Shown piece after piece: positions 9,792-18,873 of a stretch of DNA of 64,000 nucleotides (positions within the stretch are counted from its first letter, which is position 1; every line of letters begins with the position of its first letter). The notes under the pieces were generated by a model, which was not told the DNA's origin, did no database searches, and was given only the letters and a program-made list of their open reading frames with translations. Location of the stretch: sequence record NZ_CP082221.1; one strand, 5' to 3'. This stretch comes from a plasmid. The translations under genes and the position numbers were made by a program.

Positions 9792-10520
9792 ATGAATATC
9801 AAGACAAATTCAATGGCACCAGAAAATGATCAGAAGCCAAATACTGAAGATTTTTTTCTTCAGTATCAAAATTCAAAAATTGTTCAAGATGATAATTTTC
9901 TAAAGCAACGATATGCGGATTATGAACAATTATTCAATAACGCAGTTCAGTACACACCAATTTCAGAAAGTAATTTTCTTTTTTTGCAAAAGAGAATGCG
10001 GATTTATGGCTTAATTTTAATAGTCTGTATTGCATTAAATGCCATCATTACATTTTGTATTATTTATAAATTATTCTTTCAAGATTATTACACATCTATA
10101 GGTATGAGTGAGCAATTTAAGACTTTATTTGCTGGAACATTCAGTTGGGCTCTTGAGGTAGGCATTGTCTCATTTGTTTTGGCTATGCTATTTAAAGATA
10201 AACTTAGAACACTTTATTTAAAATATTCAATACGAAATGACTATTTAGAAGAAGTAGTTAACTACACATTTACACCAGTAATCCCGCAAGACTTTGAAAA
10301 AATCAAAGATTTTTCAACGTTAGACTCACAGTTAAAAGAAAAGATCCTTGAAGTAACTGAATATAGGAATGGGAAATTGCTTGATATTGATTTTAAAGAG
10401 TTAAATATTGAGTCAATTCTTAATTGTAGAGCTGAGATTAATCACGTTCTGAAAAATCATTTAGATTATGAGGAAAAAACTCAAAGCATCTTAGAAAGTA
10501 TTAAATCTGATAAGGTTTAA
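9792..10520 (+). CDS. membrane protein (242 aa)
   Basis: Motif B variant GAGCTTAATAGCTTGAGGAG upstream. Two TM. Confidence 0.55.
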   Translation: MNIKTNSMAPENDQKPNTEDFFLQYQNSKIVQDDNFLKQRYADYEQLFNNAVQYTPISESNFLFLQKRMRIYGLILIVCIALNAIITFCIIYKLFFQDYYTSIGMSEQFKTLFAGTFSWALEVGIVSFVLAMLFKDKLRTLYLKYSIRNDYLEEVVNYTFTPVIPQDFEKIKDFSTLDSQLKEKILEVTEYRNGKLLDIDFKELNIESILNCRAEINHVLKNHLDYEEKTQSILESIKSDKV

Positions 10521-10524
10521 GAGC

Positions 10525-10710
10525 ATGAATACTAATAAGATAATGTTTTGTATTTGTCTGTTCGTTCTTGGCCTAGTAACACTATTCTCCATTTGGCTAG
10601 GCTATACAATCGTAATCCAGGCATCAACAGGCGCGGTTCCTTATCCGGGAAGAATGGTAATTATATTAATTATCCTGGGCGCTATAACCATGTTCCTTTT
10701 AAAGGGTTAA
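10525..10710 (+). CDS. small 2-TM peptide (61 aa)
   Basis: Starts 5 nt after the 9792 gene stop. Hydrophobic. Confidence 0.45.
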   Translation: MNTNKIMFCICLFVLGLVTLFSIWLGYTIVIQASTGAVPYPGRMVIILIILGAITMFLLKG

Positions 10711-10754
10711 AGAAATACAAATTTTACTGAGCTGAAGAGCTTAAGGTGATACTG

Positions 10755-11308
10755 ATGAAAAATATCCCTCTAATATTTGCCCTGGTATTAGCTTTATCCG
10801 GGTGCATGAGTGACGAAGATTTTGCTTTTGCAAAAGAAGAAATTGTAGAAAAACTATCAATACGTACCTTCAAGATCAATATTCGATGATTGTAATAAGC
10901 GACATAAAAAATGTAACTCCATCGATATATAGTACTTGTAGTAAATATTTGAATATTAATAAAAGGATGATCAAGAAACAGAGGGTTAAATTATCTATCA
11001 GAAGTATCGAGTCTGAATATGTTTTAGATAAAGATGTGAATATTAATGATCTCAAATCATGTGTTGACGATTATTTGGTAAAAACCCCAATTTCAGAAGA
11101 GTCAATGAAAAATCTGAAAGAGGATACAAGAGTTGAGCAATTCAAAAATGATCCTGAAGTACGTTCGTTAATTGATAACGCTAAAGCTGATCATTTAATC
11201 AGCTATTATGAATACCAGACAATACTTGGACTAGTGTTGAAGAAACATTACGACCATGAAATTGATTTGGGTAAAGCTGCATACCAACATGACTTTCAAA
11301 GTCTTTAA
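10755..11308 (+). pseudogene. frameshifted lipoprotein gene, paralog of the 11358 gene (signal-peptide part 10755-10889, remainder 10886-11308)
   Basis: Motif-B leader then MKNIPLIFALVLALSGC. The reading frame switches (-1) at the A5 run around 10846-10852. Both halves align to the 11358 paralog (KEEIVEK / INTYLQDQYS ... LKSCVDDYL). Confidence 0.45.
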
Positions 11309-11357
11309 AAGTAGCTTATCAGAGCATTAAAGAGCTGAAGAGCTTTAGGAGAATTTG

Positions 11358-11894
11358 ATGAAAAAACTAGCTGTAATGATCGCCATTGCTTCGATATTAT
11401 CTGGTTGTATGACAAAAGATAGTCTTAATACCTTAAAAAAATTGGTTGTAGAAAAAGAAATAAAAGATTATGTAGCAAGCAATTATCCGATTGAGTCGCT
11501 AGAAATTGATCAATTAAGTTCAGAAATTTACGATAATTGCATGGATGTAATTAATATCAGTCAACTTTCGCTTGTTAAAATTGAATTAAATAAGGAAACA
11601 AGGTATGTCTTGAAATCAAGTGTAGATACACAACCATTAAAAAAATGTGTAGATAATTATTTAGCAAAAAAACCTGTCTCAAACGATGCAATGGAAGCTC
11701 TAATTTCGAATCCTTATTATGAAAAATACAAGAATGAACCTGACGTAAGAGAAATAATTAATAAAGCAAAGATAGACAATCTTATAACCTATCATGAGCA
11801 AAAGGAAATACTTGATTTAGTTAGAAATAAACGTCTCAATCAAGCTCTAGCCGAAAACAAAATTTGGTATCAGAAACAAATTCATGATCTTTAG
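11358..11894 (+). CDS. lipoprotein (ILSGC lipobox), intact paralog of 10755/10886
   Basis: Motif B GAGCTGAAGAGCTTTAGGAG upstream. Signal peptide plus lipobox. Confidence 0.6.
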   Translation: MKKLAVMIAIASILSGCMTKDSLNTLKKLVVEKEIKDYVASNYPIESLEIDQLSSEIYDNCMDVINISQLSLVKIELNKETRYVLKSSVDTQPLKKCVDNYLAKKPVSNDAMEALISNPYYEKYKNEPDVREIINKAKIDNLITYHEQKEILDLVRNKRLNQALAENKIWYQKQIHDL

Positions 11895-11951
11895 TGTGTG
11901 GTAATTAGCCAGGTGTCTTCACAATAATTTAATATCTGTTGGAAATATTTT

Positions 11952-12374
11952 GGCGTTCCCTACGGGCCGGGCTAGTTGGCTTCGCTCGAACTCCAAGCGA
12001 AAAAGAGGATCCATCGAGTTTAAAATCTAGTTTCATGCAAAGCCTGAACCTGATTTTAATACTCGATTCAAATCCTCTTTTTTTACGCTTGTATTTCGCC
12101 CCTTACGGGCAACATCCCTAACGCAGCATGATCGGATGCTGTTTATCTTTAAAATTGAATCTAGGGGCAATTAGAGCGATTTAGAGGGCTATTTGTCGCA
12201 ACCCTGCGGGATTGCTTTGTTATTACCGGATAAGGTCCAATGGGAGAAGTTTCACTTCTTCGGTCGTCTAGTCAAAATCACAGATTTTGACTGACTCGCT
12301 CGAAGTTTGAAACGGTAATCAAGGAGGGGGATGCTCGCAAATTTCATCAGTTCGCAACGTGGACACGTTGCTCT
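11952..12374. repeat. 423-bp GC-rich noncoding repeat element, copy 1
   Basis: Near-identical to 16890-17310, with a 3-bp indel. About 48% GC versus about 33% for the flanks. Multiple perfect hairpins (GTCAAAATCacagGATTTTGAC, GCAACGTGgaCACGTTGC). Confidence 0.8.
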
Positions 12375-12395
12375 ATGATAAACGTGCAAAACAAA

Positions 12396-12421
12396 AAGAG
12401 GTTGTGTTAACACAACCTCTT
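12396..12421. terminator. bidirectional palindromic terminator AAGAGGTTGTGttaaCACAACCTCTT
   Basis: Perfect 11-bp stem flanked by A/T runs on both strands. Sits just after the higA stop on the minus strand. Confidence 0.5.
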
Positions 12422-12430
12422 AGGTCTATC

Positions 12431-12730
12431 TTAAATAGATATAGCAACATGCTTTCCGTTAGGTAACTCAACATCTAACCTTACTTTGCCACCCATAGCT
12501 TCAACATATTCTTTTAATGATGAAATCTTAAGATCTTTACCTAATTTTTCACGTTTTGAAATAGCAGCTTGGCTTACACCTAGATTTTTTGCAATTTCAG
12601 CTTGAGATATTTTTAACTCTTCCCGTAGGTTCGATAGGTTAATATCCAATAGCATTTGATTTGCCATTTTCTTGATGCGTTGTTGGCTTTCAGGTGAGCG
12701 TTTTGAAATTATATCGTTTAATTTAGCCAT
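12431..12730 (-). CDS. higA: XRE-family HTH antitoxin (HigA-like)
   Basis: 99 aa with an HTH (LGVSQAAISKRE). Follows the toxin gene with a 1-nt overlap. Confidence 0.75.
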   Translation of the reverse strand: MAKLNDIISKRSPESQQRIKKMANQMLLDINLSNLREELKISQAEIAKNLGVSQAAISKREKLGKDLKISSLKEYVEAMGGKVRLDVELPNGKHVAISI

Positions 12731-13089
12731 TATTTATCTCCGTAATTATCACGTAAATATTGCTCATATTGTTCATCTGCAATCTTGATCATTTCTTTAT
12801 AAAAGGCTTTTTCATTTAGCCCTTTCTTATCTCCAGCACACAAAACAATGGCTTTACGTTCTGGATCAAATGCAAAGAAACCACGGATCGGATGACCTTT
12901 AACTTGCACACGTATCTCTTTCATGTTCGGATATTTTGATTCTTTAATAGTATCAACATGAGGCCGGCCTAGATTTGGCCCCAGTTCTGACAAAACAAGC
13001 AAAGACGCTAAGATTTTATCTTGAGCATTTTCATCTTGTTCTGCCAACCAAGAATCAAAAAGTTCTGTTGTTTCTACATCCCAAGCCAT
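12730..13089 (-). CDS. higB: RelE/HigB-family addiction-module toxin
   Basis: 119 aa. Toxin-first order is typical of higBA. The family call rests on overall resemblance. Confidence 0.65.
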   Translation of the reverse strand: MAWDVETTELFDSWLAEQDENAQDKILASLLVLSELGPNLGRPHVDTIKESKYPNMKEIRVQVKGHPIRGFFAFDPERKAIVLCAGDKKGLNEKAFYKEMIKIADEQYEQYLRDNYGDK

Positions 13090-13119
13090 TACAAATCATC
13101 ATAAAGTTGATACTTTATT

Positions 13120-13166
13120 TTATAACCTTTAGGTTATATTTGCAAGCATAACCTTTAGGTTATATT
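13120..13166 (-). promoter_or_regulatory. candidate higBA operator: two copies of ATAACCTTTAGGTTATATTT, each containing the palindrome TAACCtttAGGTTA
   Basis: Direct repeat with internal inverted repeat read at 13123-13136 and 13149-13162, just upstream of higB. Confidence 0.4.
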
Positions 13167-13289
13167 TATGTTTAAGTATTTGTTTATATTGCGTTAATAA
13201 ATTTGTAAGTGGTCGAGAATGTGTTATAATTTAAAGGTGAAATCGGATAGGCTGGTTTCAAATGAGCAGAAATGCTTAAGGTGAATATT

Positions 13290-13856
13290 ATGAAAAAAGC
13301 AACTCTTATAACTAACAATCTAGGCCATCTAGTTTGTTCAGACTCACTAATTTTCAAGTCCAAACTTACAGGCAAAACAATTTACTTATCACCCTCTCAT
13401 TTATCGGCACGAATTTTTGAAAAAAACTCAAAAAAGCTAAAATGGGAATATTTTAATTGCTGGTCTGATGGGCTGAATCTGGTAAAAGAAATATTTAATA
13501 AAGAGCTTATAGAAAAAGAGAAAACTACCGCATTCAAAGAAAAACTTATTCCAGGTTCAATTCTTGTTTCTAGCTGGGGATCAGAACAAACAAACGTAAG
13601 TTTTTATCAAGTAATTTCATCTACTGCAAAGACTGTAACACTTCGGGAGATTGAAAAATATCGTTTTGAAGAAGACATGAGAGGATGGGTTACTCCAAAA
13701 CCGAATGAATTTATAGGGCCAGCATTTAGAAAGAAAATAGAGTCTGAATATGTTCAGATTGGAAATCGTGAAATTGCTAGATTATTAAAATTTACGGTCA
13801 TAGATGAAACTGGAACAAAAGTTTATGAGCGTCAAAAATTCACTAGCTACGCTTAA
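13290..13856 (+). CDS. hypothetical protein (188 aa)
   Basis: Full cassette: -10 TATAAT 13225-13230, motif A 13239-13259, motif B 13265-13284, ATG 13290. Confidence 0.55.
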   Translation: MKKATLITNNLGHLVCSDSLIFKSKLTGKTIYLSPSHLSARIFEKNSKKLKWEYFNCWSDGLNLVKEIFNKELIEKEKTTAFKEKLIPGSILVSSWGSEQTNVSFYQVISSTAKTVTLREIEKYRFEEDMRGWVTPKPNEFIGPAFRKKIESEYVQIGNREIARLLKFTVIDETGTKVYERQKFTSYA

Positions 13857-13904
13857 GACATATATTTTAGCCGTTGCGGATCCGCAACGGCTACGGAGGT
13901 AAAT

Positions 13905-14087
13905 ATGGACCGCGAACACTTCATGGATTTTTTCAGAAATGATGAAAAACTTGAACAACTAACACCAGATGATCGGATAGAAATTTTTTTGAACGTTTTA
14001 CTAGGCAGTAGTGATATAGATGTAAAACTTCTAAATGAACTTTTAAACAATTATGATATTAGAAATATCGTAATTAGTGAAAAATAA
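13905..14087 (+). CDS. small hypothetical protein (60 aa)
   Basis: GGAGG SD 7 nt upstream. Preceded by the extended palindrome 13870-13891. Confidence 0.4.
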   Translation: MDREHFMDFFRNDEKLEQLTPDDRIEIFLNVLLGSSDIDVKLLNELLNNYDIRNIVISEK

Positions 14088-14153
14088 TCAAATATGAATG
14101 AATCGGATAGGCTGATTCTATTAATATTGAGCTGATAAGCTTAAGGTGAGTTA

Positions 14154-14852
14154 ATGAAATACTTTATAGCAAATTTATATTTTTATACCCGTAAAGAGCT
14201 TCTAGCAATTGCTGATGGAAAAGATGAGCTTGTTGATTTTCTAGATAGAATAAAAGGTTCTGAGTTAGAAAGCGCGAAACTTACAAGTGCAGAACGTGCA
14301 TTTTTGAATGTTTATCAATCTGCTGTGTCAAATACTTTGGAGATGATGAACATTGATGTATCTACATCTAGCTGGATGATTGGCAATGGTTTTTACGTCC
14401 CTTCTATGGTTGAAGATTATAACAAAACAAATATTTCTATTTTAGAAGTAGTACTGTTTTGTAATATCACAGCATTAAAAACATTGATCAAAACTGATAC
14501 TGCAATAATCGAAACAAGGTTTGTTGAGTTTCTAATTAAGTACGTTGAAAAAATAGAATCGGTACATTGCTCAGATGATAAAATTTTTAAATTAGAACTA
14601 GGAAATAAGTATGAGTTTGAGTTACATCAGGAAGGATACATTTTCGTAGAAAGAATTTCAGATGATGAAATTTTTAATGAACAATTTCTAGATTCAGAAA
14701 TTTTGATAAGTTTGCTGTATGCGAAAGAAAATGAGAATGAGATTATTCCAGTAGGTACTTTTCACAGTGTCTCAGGGGTATATGATGCACTTGATTTTAA
14801 AAGTGCTATTAAACCTCTTTTACCAGATATTGAGTTGCTGGCATCTTTCTAA
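14154..14852 (+). CDS. hypothetical protein (232 aa), paralog of the 15441 gene
   Basis: Motif A (14100-14118) and motif B upstream. Aligns with 15441 (GNGFYVPS.../NGFFFPVN...; ELGNKYEFELHQEGYIF/IGNKLEFDLQTEGYVF). Confidence 0.6.
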   Translation: MKYFIANLYFYTRKELLAIADGKDELVDFLDRIKGSELESAKLTSAERAFLNVYQSAVSNTLEMMNIDVSTSSWMIGNGFYVPSMVEDYNKTNISILEVVLFCNITALKTLIKTDTAIIETRFVEFLIKYVEKIESVHCSDDKIFKLELGNKYEFELHQEGYIFVERISDDEIFNEQFLDSEILISLLYAKENENEIIPVGTFHSVSGVYDALDFKSAIKPLLPDIELLASF

Positions 14853-14854
14853 AC

Positions 14855-14884
14855 AAACGGGCAATAATGCCCGTTTTTTTTTTA
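14855..14884 (+). terminator. rho-independent terminator AAACGGGCAataaTGCCCGTTT + T10
   Basis: Perfect stem plus a long T-run. Confidence 0.65.
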
Positions 14885-14990
14885 AATTAAATTTATATTA
14901 AAACAAAAATATGTTTTTGATGTATAATAATTAAAGGAAGTTGGATAGGCTAACTTCAAAATTTGAGCTGAAAAGCTTATGGTGATTAAT

Positions 14991-15374
14991 ATGAAAGACA
15001 ATAATCTAAAAGATTTATTCCAGTTCCTCTTAAACCATAAAAAACTCATCCAGTGTGGGATTACAGTTAGTCAGGGCAGCTACTCAATTACCGATCTTAA
15101 TGAAGGTGTTTGTGTTTTGGTTGAACGAAATGTTCCATTCAAAGAATATTTATCTTTTCTAGAAATTATGGATAAATGGCCTGAGAAAAATAATGATCAA
15201 GGTTATACAGTTAGAATTGAAGGCGAGGATCCCTCAGAGATATACCTTGACTATTATGAGAATAACAAAAACATGTATGGCAATTGTTCATATGGCAAGA
15301 AACGATGGGATCTGATTTTATTTGTCTATCAAGAACTATTGGAAGCAAAGGAAGTCAGCTATTTAGAGGCTTGA
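14991..15374 (+). CDS. hypothetical protein (127 aa)
   Basis: Cassette: TATAAT 14923-14928, covarying motif A GAAGTTGGATAGGCTAACTTC 14937-14957, motif B, ATG 14991. Confidence 0.55.
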   Translation: MKDNNLKDLFQFLLNHKKLIQCGITVSQGSYSITDLNEGVCVLVERNVPFKEYLSFLEIMDKWPEKNNDQGYTVRIEGEDPSEIYLDYYENNKNMYGNCSYGKKRWDLILFVYQELLEAKEVSYLEA

Positions 15375-15440
15375 ATAAAGCAAAAGCAAAACCCTTTTTG
15401 AAACTTTTTAACATGAGCTGAAGAGCTTAAGGTGGCATAA

Positions 15441-16199
15441 ATGAACTTACAAGACTTAATTAGCGAAAATGAATTTTTTATCAGGAATCTTAATGTAGCT
15501 CAGTATGACAGGCTGGATGAGTTGACAAATTTAGATGAATATAAATCTGAATTTTTGGACAAAATTAGAAAACTCAATTTTGGCAGTAATGAAAACAGAC
15601 TTTTGCAAATTTTAGCGCAAGACGTTTTTGAGGAAGTTTACGAATACTGTGTATATCAAACCTTTGTAGAATGTTGCATGAATACAAAATGGATGACTGC
15701 AAATGGTTTTTTCTTTCCAGTTAATTTTGATCTAAACGAAAAATATTATGAAGATCCAGAAGCGGGATATGTGATAAATACATTCGATGTGATCATTAGT
15801 GCAAATCTCCATGCAATATACCAAGTAAGACATAATGGAAAGGTATATTTTGATGAACATCAAGAAGAGATTCTACAGTTTTGGGCTGACTACCTTATCG
15901 ATATTTTACGTCGAAATAAGCGTCAGGCAGACAAGTTTATTATAGGTAATAAACTAGAATTTGATCTTCAAACTGAAGGGTATGTATTTCCGTTAGATAT
16001 GGATGAAGATACATTTTATCAAACATTTAACGAAGCAGAAATTAACTTCTATATCCTTCAGCAGAGTGGAAAAGACTACAAGATAGAGAAGTTTACTAAC
16101 ACGTACAATAACGGTGGAGCAGAAGAAAGTAAGATGGCTTTTGAATGTTTCTTAAAGTTCTATCCATACACAGACTTAACTTTAATAGCCAATTTTTAA
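15441..16199 (+). CDS. hypothetical protein (252 aa), paralog of 14154
   Basis: Motif B GAGCTGAAGAGCTTAAGGTG upstream. Confidence 0.6.
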   Translation: MNLQDLISENEFFIRNLNVAQYDRLDELTNLDEYKSEFLDKIRKLNFGSNENRLLQILAQDVFEEVYEYCVYQTFVECCMNTKWMTANGFFFPVNFDLNEKYYEDPEAGYVINTFDVIISANLHAIYQVRHNGKVYFDEHQEEILQFWADYLIDILRRNKRQADKFIIGNKLEFDLQTEGYVFPLDMDEDTFYQTFNEAEINFYILQQSGKDYKIEKFTNTYNNGGAEESKMAFECFLKFYPYTDLTLIANF

Positions 16200-16250
16200 A
16201 CTTAAGGGGCTTCCCAACGGAGGCCCTATTTATTTAACAAAGGTGAAAGT

Positions 16251-16586
16251 ATGAAAGACCTAAATGTACATGAAAATATTGACGAAATTGGTGTCAGAGC
16301 TGCTCAATTATCTTCGTTTATAGTTGTATTAACAGGAGCAGCAATAATCTGTATAAGCGCAACTAAAACGAAAGCTGGATTAAGTGTCGTTATGAAAGAT
16401 CTGTTCCCATCTAATATATATGTATTAGTTGCTTTAATGGTGATGAGCTTTATCTTATGTACTTTTTCATTATTGAAAAATAATAAAGATAAGCATGTTT
16501 CATTTATTAAAGAGTTCTTTCGGCACATTGGTATACAAAGTGGAGCAATAATTATCATATTTGGTTTACTTTCAAGAATTTTATAA
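16251..16586 (+). CDS. membrane protein (111 aa, 3 TM)
   Basis: AAGGTG SD. Hydrophobic. Confidence 0.5.
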   Translation: MKDLNVHENIDEIGVRAAQLSSFIVVLTGAAIICISATKTKAGLSVVMKDLFPSNIYVLVALMVMSFILCTFSLLKNNKDKHVSFIKEFFRHIGIQSGAIIIIFGLLSRIL

Positions 16587-16889
16587 AGATAAAATCTAAA
16601 AAAGGGTAACTATAACGTGATAAAAAATTTCAAATTTATAGCTGTAATTAGATCTAATGGTGCGGATCCGCAACCATGAGGATTTAGATATGAAAATTAC
16701 AAACAGAAGAAGAAGTGAGATTAGAAAAAATTTATGGAAATGGTGTTCTATTTGCATAATTTTTTTAAGTTTAATCATCATTTTTTTTAGTTTGAAAGTG
16801 GATATTTTCGGAGTTATTTAATGGATCTGATTATGATGTTTGTTGGGTTTTGTGCTTTTGTTTTATGGATTATTCATGGTGTAAAATAG

Positions 16890-17310
16890 GGCGTTCCCTA
16901 CGGGCCGGGCTAGTTGGCTTCGCTCGAACTCCAAGCGAAAAAGAGGATCCATCGAGTTTAAAATCTAGTTTCATGCAAAGCCTGAACCTGATTTTAATAC
17001 TCGATTCAAATCCTCTTTTTTTACGCTTGTATTTCGCCCCTTACGGGCAACATCCCTAACGCAGCATGATCGTGCTGTTTATCTTTAAAATTGAATCTAG
17101 GGGCAATTAGAGCGATTTAGAGGGCTATTTGTCGCAACCCTGCGGGATTGCTTTGTTATTACCGGATAAGGTCCAATGGGAGAAGTTTCACTTCTTCGGT
17201 CGTCTAGTCAAAATCACAGATTTTGACTGACTCGCTCGAAGTTTGAAACGGTAATCAAGGAGGGGGATGCTCGCAAATTTCATCAGTTCGCAACGTGGAC
17301 ACGTTGCTCT
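16890..17310. repeat. 423-bp GC-rich noncoding repeat element, copy 2
   Basis: See copy 1. Confidence 0.8.
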
Positions 17311-17450
17311 GCAAATGTATTTTATAATACGAAAAATTACACTAAATATATGTTTTTTCTTAATAAAAAGACATGAAAATGTAGTATAATTAAGGGGTGA
17401 AATCGGATAGGCTGGTTTCTATATATGAGCTGAAAAGCTTAAGGTGTACT

Positions 17451-17765
17451 ATGAAAATTTATACAAAAATTGCCCTTAATTACTTCAGAAATTTAATTTC
17501 TGCATGTGGAAAAGAACATGGGATATTTTTCTCAGAATCACCACAAAATCCAAAACATTTAGTAGCCAATGACGCTATTTATTTCATTACTCAAATTGAT
17601 GACTCAATTGTATTTATTGATTGTAAATATGGTCCAGTTTCAACTTATCGGATAGATGGAATTTTAGATTTTACATCTAATTCTATAGAGGATGCCGCTC
17701 AAATTGCTACTAATAATTTTCGTCTAATCTGTGAAAATCATTACACTATCTTGAATTGTGAATAA
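17451..17765 (+). CDS. hypothetical protein (104 aa)
   Basis: Cassette: TATAAT 17385-17390, motif A 17399-17419, motif B 17427-17446, ATG 17451. The track start 17397 lies in the leader. Confidence 0.5.
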   Translation: MKIYTKIALNYFRNLISACGKEHGIFFSESPQNPKHLVANDAIYFITQIDDSIVFIDCKYGPVSTYRIDGILDFTSNSIEDAAQIATNNFRLICENHYTILNCE

Positions 17766-17800
17766 TAAAAATTTGAGCTGTAAAGCTTATGGAGATCAAA

Positions 17801-18298
17801 ATGAAAAAATGGTTTAGTTCTGATGTAAACAACGTTGATGATTTAAAGAATGAATACCGAAAACTTTGCTTTAAACATCATCCAGACATGGGCGGCTCGA
17901 CTGAAGATATGCAAGCCATAAATTCAGAATATGAGCAGCTTTTAAAAGTTCTAATTAATACAAAGGCAGACAGTAACTATTCAGAGAAATCTACTTTTAA
18001 AAACCGAGATGAAGAAATTGATGCAGAAATTCGTTTGAGAGAAGTTCTAGAAAAGTTAGAAATCTTGGAAGGGTTAGAGATTGAGAGAATAGGACTATGG
18101 TTATATGTTTCAGGCAATACAAAAGCGCATAAGGAAGCATTAAAAGAGGCTGGTTTAAAATGGGCACATGCTAGAAAACTTTGGATATATGTTGGTACAG
18201 AATGCAGAGGACGAGGAAACAAAGATATGGACGAGCTTAGAGCAAAATACGGAAATGAAAAGGTAAAAACTAGAAGCAAAATTAAGAAAATTGCTTAA
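17801..18298 (+). CDS. J-domain (DnaJ-like) protein
   Basis: YRKLCFKHHPDMGG carries the HPD motif. No Zn-finger or C-terminal DnaJ domains. Motif B upstream. Confidence 0.7.
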   Translation: MKKWFSSDVNNVDDLKNEYRKLCFKHHPDMGGSTEDMQAINSEYEQLLKVLINTKADSNYSEKSTFKNRDEEIDAEIRLREVLEKLEILEGLEIERIGLWLYVSGNTKAHKEALKEAGLKWAHARKLWIYVGTECRGRGNKDMDELRAKYGNEKVKTRSKIKKIA

Positions 18299-18310
18299 CT
18301 ATTTTCTACA

Positions 18311-18341
18311 AAAAAAAGCCGACATAATCGGCTTTTTTTTA
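18311..18341 (+). terminator. rho-independent terminator (AAAAAAAAGCCGAcataaTCGGCTTTTTTTT)
   Basis: Perfect hairpin plus T-run. Confidence 0.65.
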
Positions 18342-18443
18342 CTTAAAATGTATAATTTCAACAACATAAATGATATAATTTATTTGTGAAATCGGATAGG
18401 CTGATTTCGAATTTTTGAGCTGAAAAGCTTATGGAGTTTTAAG

Positions 18444-18728
18444 ATGTATGCAATAGTTGATTCAAATATGAATGTCATTGATGCTTCGATTTGTAAAATT
18501 AAATTAGAATATAAATTGGCTGATAAATTGTTTTGGATAGCTCACAATTTTGGTCGTCAAGCTGAAGGAGTTAAGCAAGATGAATTTGAAATAGATGAAC
18601 TAAGTGATCCAGAAGTATGCAATGCTATTCACATGGCTTATCAAAATGCTTTTGACTATAAGAAGAATGAAATTAGTGATAGTTATAAAATCGTAAAATG
18701 GGATAGTAAACAGGCAATTTGGATTTAA
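18444..18728 (+). CDS. hypothetical protein (94 aa)
   Basis: Complete cassette: TATAAT 18374-18379, motif A 18388-18408, motif B, ATG 18444. Confidence 0.5.
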   Translation: MYAIVDSNMNVIDASICKIKLEYKLADKLFWIAHNFGRQAEGVKQDEFEIDELSDPEVCNAIHMAYQNAFDYKKNEISDSYKIVKWDSKQAIWI

Positions 18729-18740
18729 TTTTGAAACAAA

Positions 18741-18770
18741 AAAAAAGCCGTGAATAACGGCTTTTTTTTG
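18741..18770 (+). terminator. rho-independent terminator (GCCGTgaataACGGC + T8)
   Basis: Hairpin plus T-run. Confidence 0.65.
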
Positions 18771-18873
18771 TTTCAAAGTGATTGAATAAATTAAGGAAAA
18801 TGTTATAATTTAATCAAGAAATCGGATAGGCTGATTTCTATTTTTTGAGCTGAAAAGCTTATGGAGTTTACAA

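Noticed and set aside
11939-12121. 60-aa and 69-aa ORFs (11939-12121, 16850-17059) lying on the 423-bp repeat
   Set aside because: Identical only because the DNA repeat is identical. No SD. The sequence is hairpin-rich noncoding-like. Better explained as a noncoding element.
13853-14050. 65-aa minus-strand ORF overlapping the 13905 gene and the extended palindrome
   Set aside because: No SD. Overlaps a better-supported plus-strand small gene. Reading through the palindrome gives the ADPQ artefact.
16596-16781. 61-aa minus-strand ORF in the spacer before repeat copy 2
   Set aside because: No ribosome-binding site. Plus-strand mini-ORFs with SDs explain the region better.
17789-17800. Upstream ATGs given in the ORF track for several cassette genes (3777, 8228, 9414, 11355, 13272, 14979, 17397, 17789, 28772, 36895)
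   Set aside because: These ATG/GTG codons lie inside the conserved leader. Often they are the ATGGAG SD itself. The conserved spacing places the true start 6-9 nt after the SD.
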